DNA of 64,000 nucleotides, taken from the NCBI RefSeq assembly GCF_001194135.2, contig NC_068990.1, positions 82,382,996 to 82,446,995 on the forward strand, in the 5' to 3' direction. A model generated the notes under the pieces. The model ran no database searches and was not told where the DNA came from. It was given only the letters and a program-made list of their open reading frames with translations. This DNA comes from Octopus bimaculoides (lineage: Eukaryota). Of the stretch, positions 13,061-25,559 are shown in pieces. Within the stretch, counting starts at the first letter, position 1; each line of letters begins with the position of its first letter. Both the position numbers and the translations under genes were made by a program.

Positions 13061-13198
13061 CAGTGCCCCACAACCTTTTTGCACTTGCGGTACACTTATA
13101 TTCTTTTCAAAATTCGGCGGCATACATCTGGCATCGTCACATCTGGCATCGTCCCGTAGTACACCGGTGTGCCACGGTATACCGGTTGAGAAGCACTG
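13061..13198. mobile_element. hAT (Charlie/Buster-type) MITE
   Basis: TIRs CAGTGCCCCACAACC / GGTTGAGAAGCACTG; 8-bp TSD cactaaac / cactaagc with central TA; internal 15-bp tandem duplication catctggcatcgtc(a/c). Confidence 0.85.
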
Positions 13199-13384
13199 CA
13201 CTAAGCCACGGAATACAAATATCAGAATTGAGATTCTGTATCCTTGAGACATCCGAGTAACTACTAACCAATGTGCCTATGTCTTAAGACGGAACTGGAT
13301 GTACATACGCATACATATATACCCATGTATACCTTTATATATATGTATACATACATATATACATACAAAAATAGATATTATAAC

Positions 13385-13629
13385 TTAGGATATCTAAGAG
13401 ATACCATCACGCCGGAAATAGCAGTCAAAGCTTGATAAAATCGGTATTTAAATATCGATCTTATCCTTATTTATATAAATTCATATATTTATTTCGTCAT
13501 TATATTCACTGCGGTGAAACTTCTGACCATATCGGACGAGGAGATTTTAGGCGGGCAATTTAAACTGATCGTGTGCATACGTGCATATATATGTATGAAT
13601 ACGTTCGTATATGTAAATGTATCGTATGT

Positions 13630-13676
<47 letters not shown>

Positions 13677-14002
13677 ATATATATATATTTGTATTCATGT
13701 GCTTTTCTGAGTATACTCCACTGATGAGGCAAAGCATTTCTTATGCAGAGCCAGAAATCCGGGATCTGGAATTATCCAGTAATTTTTGCTAGTTCATTTT
13801 GTCTCTTCGTCTTCTCTCCTGGTGTTATATGAACATTTGTTGTGGTTTTATAGTCAAGCTTTGATTGCTGTTTCCTGCGTGGTGGTATCTCTTAGATACC
13901 CTAAATTTTAAAATAATTATTACCTTTGATGGTTTTTATTCTCATGCTGGCTACTTGTTAAAATCGGTATTTAAATATCGATCTTATTCTTATTTATACA
14001 AA
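13385..14002. mobile_element. Rearranged repeat with inverted and direct arms, enclosing a hammerhead-like motif (Penelope-like)
   Basis: Inverted arms 13385-13440 / 13847-13904 (about 88%). Direct repeats 13437-13482 / 13960-14002 (aaaatcggtatttaaatatcgatcttat). (TA)n inside. Confidence 0.6.
13717..13770 (+). ncRNA. Minimal type I hammerhead ribozyme, variant
   Basis: UCCA-CUGAUGA-GGC...GCC-A-GAAA-UCCGGGA-UC-UGGA. Triplet AUC (13764-13766). One extra A before GAAA. Confidence 0.5.
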
Positions 14003-14464
14003 TATAGGTAGATAGATTGCTAGAGAGATACCTTAACAGACAGACAGTTTAGTAGGTATATAGATAAATGGAAAGAGAGATAGATTATTAGACAAATAGA
14101 CGGATTATTATAGTTGCGGTCGGGCTTTCCGTGTTTCCAAGAATTTCAATATGTTTTTGATTGAGTCGTTCCTCAATGCTGATGGCGTTGATGAGTGAGA
14201 ATAACCCACGCATGAAATGGGTAGGAACAAAGATAGCAAGTGAGATTAAGCAGGGGCTGTCGTTGTCGTTGTTGTTGCATCTTGCATTCTTTGCCATTTT
14301 CATCAACTTTTGTTGTTCTTATGACTTCAGAAAAGAAAATTCCGATGGCGAGAAACTGAAATCATTTGGAGCGATAGTAGATTTCAGTTTCCCCACCTGC
14401 TTCTCTCAATTTCAGCCAGTTTGAGAGTTGACTTTAGTTGGCTTTTGTAATGGCGGAAAGAAAA

Positions 14465-14560
14465 ATACATACATACATACATACATGCATACATACATGC
14501 ATACATACATACATACATACATACATGCATACATACATACATACATACATACATACATAA
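14465..14560. repeat. (TACA)n microsatellite
   Basis: Direct reading. Confidence 0.95.
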
Positions 14561-14858
14561 ACACATAAATACATATGCATGCATCTAGACATAAAAACGC
14601 ATCCATAAAACAAACATACAAATCTGCGCATACACTAACACCAAATACTGCACACACACACATATGCACAAATACCTAGATGATGTTGATAAAAGTTCCA
14701 ATGAAGGAGCCTTGAATCTATGTTAGAGTCCGGCTCTTTCTCTATGGACAAGAAATACAGAAATGAAACTGATTGATAACATACATACATGGCCATCACT
14801 GAAAAAATACCTTATCCAGCACTGCCTTTGCTGTAATTTTAAGTTAAAAACAGCTTAC

Positions 14859-14880
14859 ACGACATCACTAAGACTTTCAC
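14859..14880 (-). CDS. Candidate 22-nt microexon
   Basis: cttcttgttttgtag / GTGAAAGTCTTAGTGATGTCGT / gtaagc. Both open frames splice in frame to the 12743 acceptor. Confidence 0.25.
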
Positions 14881-16829
14881 CTACAAAACAAGAAGTCCAG
14901 AAACAAACAGAAGCTTTGCAATGAGGTGGTTGTGATTTCGGAGTTTCCTTCTCCGAGATGGATGTCTAACCAAATTCGAGGGGTCTCTAACTCGTAGCTG
15001 TTTGAAGGCCGTTGGTTCTACTGTGTTATTACGTCCTTTGACAGGTACTTATTTTTTATCCAACCGGGTGTCCAATGAAAACCACCCCACTCAAGAAGCA
15101 GGCTTAGTTTGGTTTCTGGCTTAGTTACCAGCGGTTACCTAACACAAATACATACAAAATAATACATACATACATACATACATACATACGAACATACAAA
15201 CATACATACATGAATACACATATGCATATATACTTATATATACGTATATGTATATATATACATGTATGTGTACGTGTGTGTGTGTGTGTGTACGTGTGTA
15301 CGTGTGTGTGTGTGTGTGTGTACTACATACACCTATAGTGTGTATATTAGTGAACTGCTACTATTCTACCATCATTCTGAATTTGAGTAGTTGTATGAAT
15401 ATCCTCAATCACTTCATTCTTTCTCCATTGTCATTGGTTTCTCCGACTCACTTCAGCCGAAAGATGTCACATATGAAGATTGCTATCAAGACAGTCAGTG
15501 AATTATAATGTATTCTTTCGTTGTCAACAAACAAATCCTGTCACTCTTCCCGCCGGAATTGCTGCAATTACTATCAATTGATCTACACCAGAGCACTGGC
15601 TACAGCTGTTACGAATTATCGCACTAATTAACGCTAAATTTCGCTTTATGTGGTTGATTTTCCTCTAGGGTAGGAGTTGATGTATAAAATGAATTAAATG
15701 ATTGGACGAAGTAAAAGGATGCAATGGCTCTGAGATACGTCATATGTCATCCATGTAGATGTAAAATTTAAACGTGTTACCGTTCAGATCGTTTCGATGA
15801 AGAAAGAGACAAAAATGTAGACGGGAAAACGTTTATTACTTCCTTCCTTTCAAAGAAAATTACTTAGATCAAGATAGTGATGAAGTTTCTATGTGGTCAT
15901 TCGAACTGCTTGAAACATACACCAAATCACTCTGAAGTCATCGCCTCCGTCTTAAAATTTTCTGCAAATGAATTCTCAATGTTCCCAGCTTGACAGAACT
16001 CCGACGGTAAATGTGTTCGTTGAGTGTTCACCTCAGGTAAACCGCAGCACTATAACGAACTTCTTCATCATCAAATCCGCTACTGTTGCTATTACTACTG
16101 CAACGACTTCCACCTCAATTACATTATCAATAACCACATTAGCAGTCACTACATATATTAGAACCAGTGCAAAAGTATTTACGTGGTCGTCCAACCTACT
16201 AAAAACAGCAACCAGTCCTCCTCAATTACTGTCTCAAAGGGAGGGCGTAATGAAAAATTGGTACCAGATATATGATGTCTGTGAAAAAGGAAAAAAAAAA
16301 AAAAACGAGTAATTATAGCTATAATGTATCAGACCCAAATCTGCCCGACCGAAGCTGAAATGTAGTTGCTTCGCACATGAGTTCACATTTGCCGTTTCTG
16401 AGCTGAAGTCTTAAGCTCATAACAGTGGAGGATTATTAGAAAAATTTCATGAGATTGAGTTCATATACCCTGTGCATATCGTATCTCGTTTGTTGAATTC
16501 GGAACTTAGTTTATAATATGTCTCACTATCTATAATGCTACTATATATATATTTCCTGTTACCTCCCACCAGGTGACACATAAGCCTTTATCGAGAACAG
16601 GGCATGATAATACTGGTATATAAATCTGATTTATTTGTGTTATATACCTATGCATGTATATGCATGTGCATGTGTGAGTGTATGAGTAGGTATCTACGTA
16701 CGTCTGTATGTATGTGTGTATGTGTGTGTATGTATGTATGTATGTATTATGTATGTGATGAAAGGTCCTTCTCAAGTCTACAGCTCAGAAGCCCTATGGC
16801 GTGTCGATTTCCCCGTTGGACTGGATAGC

Positions 16830-16975
16830 TGTTAGTCGCGAGTGGCGTGGACCAACGTGATATGAGCTGTTTTGCTCATGAACATCAACCCATTGCCCAG
16901 TCTAGGCATCGAAACCACAATCTTACGATCATAATTGCAACACCTTAACCACGAAGCCACATACCTCCACACACA
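16830..16975 (-). mobile_element. SINE family C, degenerate
   Basis: ggcatcgaaaccacaatcttacgatc...caccttaaccacgaagccacatacctccac is the reverse complement of the tRNA-like head. Confidence 0.75.
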
Positions 16976-17258
16976 CACAGACACTCCTAAGCATGAACAC
17001 TTATATGTATTCGTATATATATATATATATATCAAATACATTTATATGTAAGCTAGGTGCATATATGTATATATAAATACATGCATATAGTTACATAATG
17101 AGTTTGTTGTATGATGATGAGGAAGACCGATTACACTTGAGTTCTTTCGGCTGCTGCTGCTGCTGTTTGTGCTGTTGCAGCTATTCCTGTTATTGTAGTT
17201 GATGCTATTGTACGGCTTGTGTTGCGAATCAAGAAGCTGCTCACACCACGGAGACTAC

Positions 17259-17590
17259 CACCACCACCACCATCACCACCACCACCACCACCACCACNNN
17301 NNNNNNNNNNNNNNNNNNNNNNNNNNNNNNNNNNNNNNNNNNNNNNNNNNNNNNNNNNNNNNNNNNNNNNNNNNNNNNNNNNNNNNNNNNNNNNNNNNNN
17401 NNNNNNNNNNNNNNNNNNNNNNNNNNNNNNNNNNNNNNNNNNNNNNNNNNNNNNNNNNNNNNNNNNNNNNNNNNNNNNNNNNNNNNNNNNNNNNNNNNNN
17501 NNNNNNNNNNNNNNCACCATCACCACCAACACCACCACTACCGCCACTACCACCACCACTGCTTCCGCTACCACCACCACCACCACCACC

Positions 17591-17660
<70 letters not shown>
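17259..17660. repeat. (CAC)n/(CTA)n compound microsatellite with gap
   Basis: Direct reading. Confidence 0.95.
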
Positions 17661-17661
<1 letters not shown>

Positions 17662-18238
17662 GCTTCCTAGAAGGCTGCTGTTAATTTCTAGAAACTCAAA
17701 TACTTGACTGGTCCTTTTTCGTATTGTCCCCGAAAGCTGAATGTCAAGCTATTCCAGCGAGATTGAAATGCAGAACATCAATCATGACTTTGCATTCGAT
17801 TTAATCAATCGCCCCACATACAGCTAGAATTTGTTTTATTGTTTCTTCGAAGATGAAAGCAACGTTCTCCCCTTATATGAGGATTGAAATGAAATCAAAA
17901 AGAGACAGCGCATACAACATGTATTGTGAAGCATTCTTAACTTTCTGCCTCACATATTGAATAAGAAGAAAAAATATAACAACGACCGTGGTTCTCATCA
18001 ACAACAACAGCTACAACAACGATGCATGCAATGAAGGTGCCACTACATAGCTACACTATATGCTGGAAAATCGCAACCGAATATTTTTCAGATTAAACCC
18101 TACCATCTTAAAAACGAAAGAATACATTGATTTGTCCAAAATGGCTATTATGTGGCTGAACAATAGCAACGGCAATAACAAAAAATACTACTACTACTGC
18201 TACTACTACTATTACTGCTGCTGCTGCAACTACTACTG

Positions 18239-18273
<35 letters not shown>

Positions 18274-18902
18274 TCTACTACTACTACTAAACGGAGAGCT
18301 CTCAGAAATCGGAAATAAATGATATTATCCAACGAATACGGAAATATTAGAACGGGCTAAACACTTGAATTAAAGCATGAAATACCTACACACATTATAC
18401 TTGCATCTACAAAGAAATGTTATACACAAAGACAACAAAAGAAACACACAGAGTTACGCACGTGTACTTAGCTGATTATAAATACATGTAATTACGTAAT
18501 AATATTTTGTCAAATAAGCACCTGCTTATATTCCATTTCCACATTCGTTAAATAGTATCTTGAAGATACTGAAGTAGCAAACAAATGCAGACAATCGCTA
18601 ACACGGGCCATCGTGTATATAGAAAAAAAAAAATGGAAAGAATAAAGGGATGTTTTTCTATAGAAGAGCATCAATCAATTGGTAATAGATATTAAATGTA
18701 AACAAAATGTTAGTTATATTTTATAGCAGCAAAAATTGAGTAATTAAAAAAAAAAGAGATAATGATGGAAATATCAAAAATGGAAGTCTCGAATATAAAT
18801 TAATCACTCCCGGGGAAGGGTTAAAATTTGCTAGTGAAAAACCTTAACCATCTGCAGAGAATACCCGAAACGATTATAAATGTATAAATAAATAAATACC
18901 CC

Positions 18903-19014
18903 AGGCGCAGGAGTGGCTGTGTGGTACCTTGGGCAAGTGTCTTCTACTATAGCCACGGGCCGACCATAGTCTTCTGAGTGGATTTGGTAGACGGAAACTG
19001 AAAGAAGCCCGTCG

Positions 19015-19063
<49 letters not shown>

Positions 19064-19425
19064 TATTTCTTTACTACCCACAAGGGGCTACACACAGAGG
19101 GGACAAACAAGGACAGACAAACGGATTAAGTGGATTATACCGACCCCAGTGCGTAACTGGTACTTATTTAATCGACCCCGAAAGGATGAAANNNNNNNNN
19201 NTGTGTGTGTGTTTGTGTATCTGTGTTTGTTCCCCACCCCCAACATCGCTTGACAACCGATGCTGGTGTGTTTACGTCCCCGTTACATTAGTGGTTCGGC
19301 AAAAAGAGACCGATAGAATAAGTACTAGGCTTATAAAGAATAAGTCCTGGGGCCGATTCTCTCGACTAAAGGCGGTGCTCCAGCATGGCCGCAGTCAAAT
19401 GACTGAAGCAAATAAAAGAGTAAAA
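18903..19425 (+). mobile_element. SINE family B with a nested family A fragment
   Basis: ggcgcaggagtggctgtgtgg head; 3' half from aacatcgcttgacaaccgatgctgg to aaagagtaaaa. Confidence 0.9.
19070..19191 (-). mobile_element. Family A-related SINE fragment inside the family B microsatellite
   Basis: gaccccagtgcgtaactggtacttatttaatcgaccccgaaaggatgaa, truncated by a 10-N gap. Confidence 0.75.
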
Positions 19426-19732
19426 TAGTAATACTGCTGAAATCAGTCAGCATCCTACAGAAGGGAGCTGAATAGCAATTTAATATAAACCACAGAGGAT
19501 GCATTTCATACGGATTTATACTAGAGAAAGATCTGGAGTAATAAATGAGTTTAACTAAATTTCAATGTGGTCAAGAGAAATTTCCATTGAATATTTATGG
19601 TTATTTTGTAAATGTGATAAAACAGCTTTAAGAAAAAGCCCCCCAAAAGGATTTGATTGTTAACTATCGGTATAAAAGTTTTACTGTTTATTTGTAAACT
19701 CATATCTAGGAACATATTAATATATTTCATTT

Positions 19733-19936
19733 CAAATTTTGGCACAAGGCTAGCACTTCCACGAGGTGGATAGGTCGATTATATCAACCCCAGTACTCAA
19801 CTGGTACTTGTTTTATCGACCCCGAAAGGATGAAAAGCAAAGTCGAACTTGGAGGAATTTGAACTCAGAATGTAAAGACGAAATACCACAAAGAATTTTG
19901 CCGAAATGTTAACGATTCTGCCAGCTCGCCGCCTTA
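19733..19936 (-). mobile_element. SINE family A, near full length
   Basis: aattttggcacaagg tail through gattctgccagctcgccgcctta head. Confidence 0.9.
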
Positions 19937-21865
19937 TAGAAACATATTAATATATTAAGCTGACTGTTATTAACAGTAAAAATTCTAACATCAAAGACAC
20001 ATGGCAAAAAACAAGCGGCTAATTGCATGTTAAATTGTACGATATAATGTGTATAGAGTTTTTCAGAGCCTGTTCTTTCAGAGTCATTGCGGTAGTCACA
20101 TAGTCGTTACAGCCGAGCAAAGAGCGAGGAACATAATAGATTGAGTATATGTTAAGCAACAACTAATCAGCAAAACAGGCGACAGAAGAGTGACGGAAGA
20201 GAATGAATTTGGTTATAGTCTGGCTGGATTATCCGAACGTTCCTCATCTGAAGCTCTTTGGTATTTGACTTGCTAAAGTTCAAGAGACGATAATGGAAGC
20301 CATAGAAAAATGGTTTAACGTTAGTCTGACCAACCTGATATGAAATCCAGAAAATGATTGGATTTTCTTTCATATAAAGTATTGCAGAAATATAGTTCAA
20401 GCAGACAGTCTCCTGCTCTGTACTGTTTATAATACTTATCCTATCAGCGAACTCTTATCATTTTGTGAAGGAAGTCTGAAGTGTATGTGCTTGGCTCACC
20501 GGAAGTCAGAAACACCAGATAACCTCTATACGAAAAAACTAGACATATATACAAAACATTTCAGCGATACGTAAAACCTCGCTGACCTGATTAACATTTT
20601 TATTCGATATAGAGAAATCTACAGTTAATACACCCAGACATAAAGTTTGGATTTATAGCTATGTACTTCAGTATGTACATAACGAACTACTTTATTACTA
20701 ATCTAGAATATCTCAGTTTCACAAAACCAAAATAGTCGTAACTAACTAGACATATAGAACTAGAAGCCATTAAAAGAACTATAAAAATATATTAAAACCA
20801 TTCTAAAAGCTTAACTTATATTACACACATGTACATACTATAGTATTTACGTGTACACGAATGTAGACATTCATATTCATCCAGCAAATGTCACCTAAAC
20901 ATGTACACAGGCGTAAGTGCAAACGTATGCAGTCATTTAATTGATGAGCATGCTGCTTTAGTAGACAACTGCATGTGTCCCATTATTATCCATGAATAGG
21001 TAGATGTTATATACATCCATCCATACATACAAACACACACATACATGTATGAACCAATATGTAGTTTGTAAATTCAGATGTATATGATCATGTGATATGC
21101 ACATTGCAGCGAACTCAGATGTAGAGCCCTCGCAATGTTTTAGAAACCTCTATTTTACTCCTGATCGACTGTATTCGGTGTATATCAGACAGAGTTGTTT
21201 TTTTTTTTTCAATAAGACACTAACTTTGATGCATTTATGTAAGTCTGTTGTTATATAACCCAGTGCATCTATGGAAATAAGTACAAAAAAAAATCTATAG
21301 ATTGGTAGTCTTTGAAATTTAAATTTTCCCGAGAGAAGCTTAATTATCGAGTAGATAATGGCTTATTAGTAACTATTCATTGATTCTAGAAAAATCTGAT
21401 CAGGTGCCTGGCTCCATATATATATATATATATATATATATNNNNNNNNNNNNNNNNNNNNNNNNNNNNNNNNNNNNNNNNNNNNNNNNNNNNNNNNNNN
21501 NNNNNNNNNNNNNNNNNNNNNNNNNNNNNNNNNNNNNNNNNNNNNNNNNNNNNNNNNNNNNNNNNNNNNNNNNNNNNNNNNNNNNNNNNNNNNNNNNNNN
21601 NNNNNNNNNNNNNNNNNNNNNNNNNNNNNNNNNNNNNNNNNNNNNNNNNNNNNNNNNNNNNNNNNNNNNNNNNNNNNNNNNNNNNNNNNNNNNNNNNNNN
21701 NNNNNNNNNNNNNNNNNNNNNNNNNNNNNNNNNNNNNNNNNNNNNNNNNNNNNNNNNNNNNNNNNNNNNNNNNNNNNNNNNNNNNNNNNTATATATATAA
21801 ATATGTATATCTACACTCATGTATGTATGTATGTATGTATGTGTATACGTGTGCATGTGAATGTG

Positions 21866-21910
<45 letters not shown>

Positions 21911-22590
21911 AAGTGCTTATTTAGCACGGATAAATCGGACCAAACTAATATCAATCATTTTACGTTTGGGATTTCAGAGGTTCATAAAATTTATTCCAAC
22001 TACATTAATGGTCGAAATAAAATGAAGTAGTTACCATCCAGCATCGAGGCTCGTCTTTTTTCTTAGCTCTATGCAGTGCTAGGTATGTTACCTACCAGCC
22101 TTAAAAATGATTATTTACTTTATCAGTATTTGCCGTTTGGTTTCACAGCAGTGTTATTGCGTTATCAAACATCAGTTACGAACTCAGACTTCTGACATTT
22201 TCAATGTTAAAGCTTCCCCACCGTCCACTTTCTCGTAATATACTCTTACAAATATTCAGTTTCACTTAGACACAAGGGATTTAAAAGCTTCCATTTCATC
22301 TTTAATTCATATCATTTCGTAATTTTAGTTTGCGCTTAGCTTTATCCTTTTCTCTCAGGATAAATGTATTTCAGCATCATTTTCCACTTCAGTTTGAAGA
22401 CAGTTATTGTTGAAACACAATGATATATGGGATACATAAGAGTGATTTTTCTTTTAAAGTATATCATATTACGGTGTAAACGCTGTAAAACCAAATGGTT
22501 TAGAAGTTCACTTCACAGCTATGAATTCCCGGATTCAATCCTAATTCATGGAATCTTGGAAAAAATTTTTTTTTCCTATATTCTTTTCTA

Positions 22591-22654
22591 CTCAGACGAA
22601 ATACCGCTAAGCATTTCGCCCGGCGTGCTAACGTTTCTGCCAGCTCGCCGCCTT
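22591..22654 (-). mobile_element. SINE family A head fragment
   Basis: gacgaaataccgctaagcatttcgcccggcgtgctaacgtttctgccagctcgccgcct. Confidence 0.85.
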
Positions 22655-22671
22655 GGAAACAAGTGTATATT

Positions 22672-22884
22672 CCTTTCTACTCTAGACACAAAGCCCTAAT
22701 TTTTGCAGGAGGGTGCGAGTCGATTAGATCGACCCCAGTACACGACTGGTGCTTAATTTATCGACCCTCGAAACGATGAAAGGGAAGTTGACCTCAGCGG
22801 AATTTGAGCGGAGAACGTAAAGACAGACGAAGTACCGCTAAGCATTTCGCCCGGCGTGCTAACGTTTCTGCCAGCTCACCACCT
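22672..22884 (-). mobile_element. SINE family A, full length
   Basis: Complete tail-to-head match to the family consensus. Confidence 0.9.
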
Positions 22885-24519
22885 CACTTCGGAGTTGATA
22901 TTGTATGTCTTCTACCCGGGTTCGGTAAATGGATGTGTCAATCAAATACCCTACAACGGCATGCCTCGGTCATAGATTTGGTGGTGGTGGTGGTGGCGGT
23001 GGTGGTGTGGGAATAGTGGATTAAAGTATTACTATGCTTGGTATGCTCGTTAATCTCTGAATGATGGAAACGAAAATCAGTCACGAAGAGTATAGACTCA
23101 GAAACTTCAGGGGCGTTACTAAACGCACCTGTCTGGTTCTGTCAAAAGGTTATCCTTCCTATTATCGTNNNNNNNNNNNNNNNNNNNNNNNNNNNNNNNN
23201 NNNNNNNNNNNNNNNNNNNNNNNNNNNNNNNNNNNNNNNNNNNNNACCAGCACACACCCCCACCACCACCAATACCCCCCCACCACCACCACCACCACAA
23301 CAACAACAACAACGGGAGAAGATTCTCGTCTCTCTCCAGTTATCCGTTGTCATTTGACCGGTTTGAAATTTCGGCTAAATTTCTTTCAAACCGCAGACTA
23401 TCTTTTCTTTTTTTAAAAGAACAAAAGTCAGTGCTATTTGCTATACAATGTGTAAACAACCGATGGAGTGGTCACTGCTGGAAATTCCTTCATTCACACG
23501 TCTGCTCGATCCGATCAGAGTCGACTTGGTGTTAAAGAACAACAACGACGACTATGACAAACACAAGATCAGCGTCAACAAACTTCGACTATATTACGGA
23601 GGACAGTAATGAAACCCGTAACAATGCAGATTAAAGAGAAGAAAATATTGAATATTTCGTTCGGTTTTAATAATTCCCAATTGTTAACAGAAAATGTAAT
23701 GAAATGCTAAAAATGTTAAAAAAAATATATGCAAGCCATTACAATATACGCTGGCGAAGCAGAGAGCATGGACGAGGTATGACATTAAAATCAGCCAATT
23801 ACCTTTTGACAGTCTTGACGGCTGTTCATTTACGGTTTTACATGTTTGATGAAGAGTTTCTTCTTTATTCTATTGTATTTTATTTTAAATACATTTTTGT
23901 TTGCAAGTATTCGTTGTTTCTAATGAAGGTGTTCGAACAAACTGTAATCTCTGCAATTGTTCTGCTTTTTGTAACATGACGCTTTCGCGTATACATATTC
24001 AATAAGAAGAACAACGAAAGCAATATTCAATAGCAAGGACAAAAGCAAGCAAAGAGAAAGAACAGAAGTTAACAAAATGGCGTCTAAACGTTATCTTGTT
24101 TAAACGTTAAGATGTTTTGTAAGGTTGTGTAATCTGTTGTGTATTGTATGAAGTAATCGTACAAAATCGCCACGCCTTCTACATGTCGTTGTCTTCTTCA
24201 TTCTTTCTATCATTAATATAAATAACAGCAGCAATGACTGCAAAAACTATTATTATCTCTGTACTGGCCACAAGGGCAACAAAAGAACTAAAAAGAACTA
24301 CAATATTGGGATCACAAATGTTCGAGGTGCACATGTACAAAATACATGCATACACACACATGCGAACGCGTGAGAGCACACACACACACACACGCACACA
24401 CAGATTTGTTCAAGCATATGGATGTTTCTAGATATGTATGCATATATATATATGTGTGTGTGTATAAAGCTTGAAACACGTGTACCGCGATATCCTTTGT
24501 GTTCTGTTTTCAATTTACG

Positions 24520-24568
<49 letters not shown>

Positions 24569-24828
24569 CACATACACACATATATGCCGCAGTGTTTTCC
24601 TCTACAGAAGAAAGTTACCTATAAGCAATGGGAATCAAAACCTAAAGGGAATCAATGCATTCTAAAAACCTTGACTACATTCTGCTCATGTCTGCTTTTT
24701 CTACTTCCCTTTCCTGAGTGCAAATTTCATCACAGAATTCAATGATTTCCTACGCACTAATGCTACCACTCTCAACTCATCATTCACCAAATTTACTTGA
24801 AAGCAGTCCGTCCCCACTTCATTCTTAC

Positions 24829-24931
24829 ATTGAAACTTGAAAATATAGACGTGGACCTTGTTGGAGATGAAGAATTATGTCCTGAACCCCTTTCTGTGGC
24901 GTTCATTGTATAACCTCTTAAGTTGAAGTCA
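24829..24931 (-). CDS. Candidate exon (DFNLRGYTMNATERGSGHNSSSPTRSTSIFSSFN)
   Basis: Acceptor cttttcatctgtctag, donor aat/gtaaga, 34 open codons. No homology recognised. Confidence 0.25.
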
Positions 24932-25559
24932 CTAGACAGATGAAAAGTGTCTCGCGCTATAACACATTCCACACACTACGAACGATTATTAGCGTCATGC
25001 ATCCACTATATAAGAGTATCTGTGTGCAATGAGAATATTTTTTAGATTGTATTATAGAACTGAAACTATCTTGTGTTGGGCTTTACCCAGAAGAATAATC
25101 TTTCAGAATGAGTGTATTATGGACAGCACTTACTATATAATCATTATTATAGGTACTGTTTTCGCTTTCATGACTCACACGCTGTTTCACCCTGTTTTGA
25201 TCAGAAGGACTCGAGATGTCTATGAAAGTACAACCATTCATTATAATCATAGTCATTCATTCTTTATCATTCTAAACGGACAGTGTGCTTTGGTCGACTT
25301 GGTGTAGGTATGTCCCAAGCGATTGCGCTAAACCATTGTCGTGTACCGTATTTATATCACTAAGCCGTTTACCTATTGAAATGTAGACATAGCTACCGAT
25401 ACGATCAAACCAATAAATACACCCGAATTTTTCAAGGAGTGGTCATTCGAATTTGATGCGTTTCTGCATTTGTTGTTAGCATCTTTTTATAAAGATTTTC
25501 AGTTTGCGATCATTTGTCGCAAAATATTAGTCCTGTGCACTTAAATGTGATCTTTTGAT

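Noticed and set aside
20898-22079. Plus-strand microexon-like segments (about 20898-20925 and about 22064-22079) and 920-989
   Set aside because: Good splice signals, but no coherent joined peptide. Such patterns occur on both strands, so they are likely background.
24073-24085. YY1-like CAAAATGGCG (also aaaatggcg at about 10365)
   Set aside because: Short motifs with only tiny downstream ORFs and no other promoter evidence.
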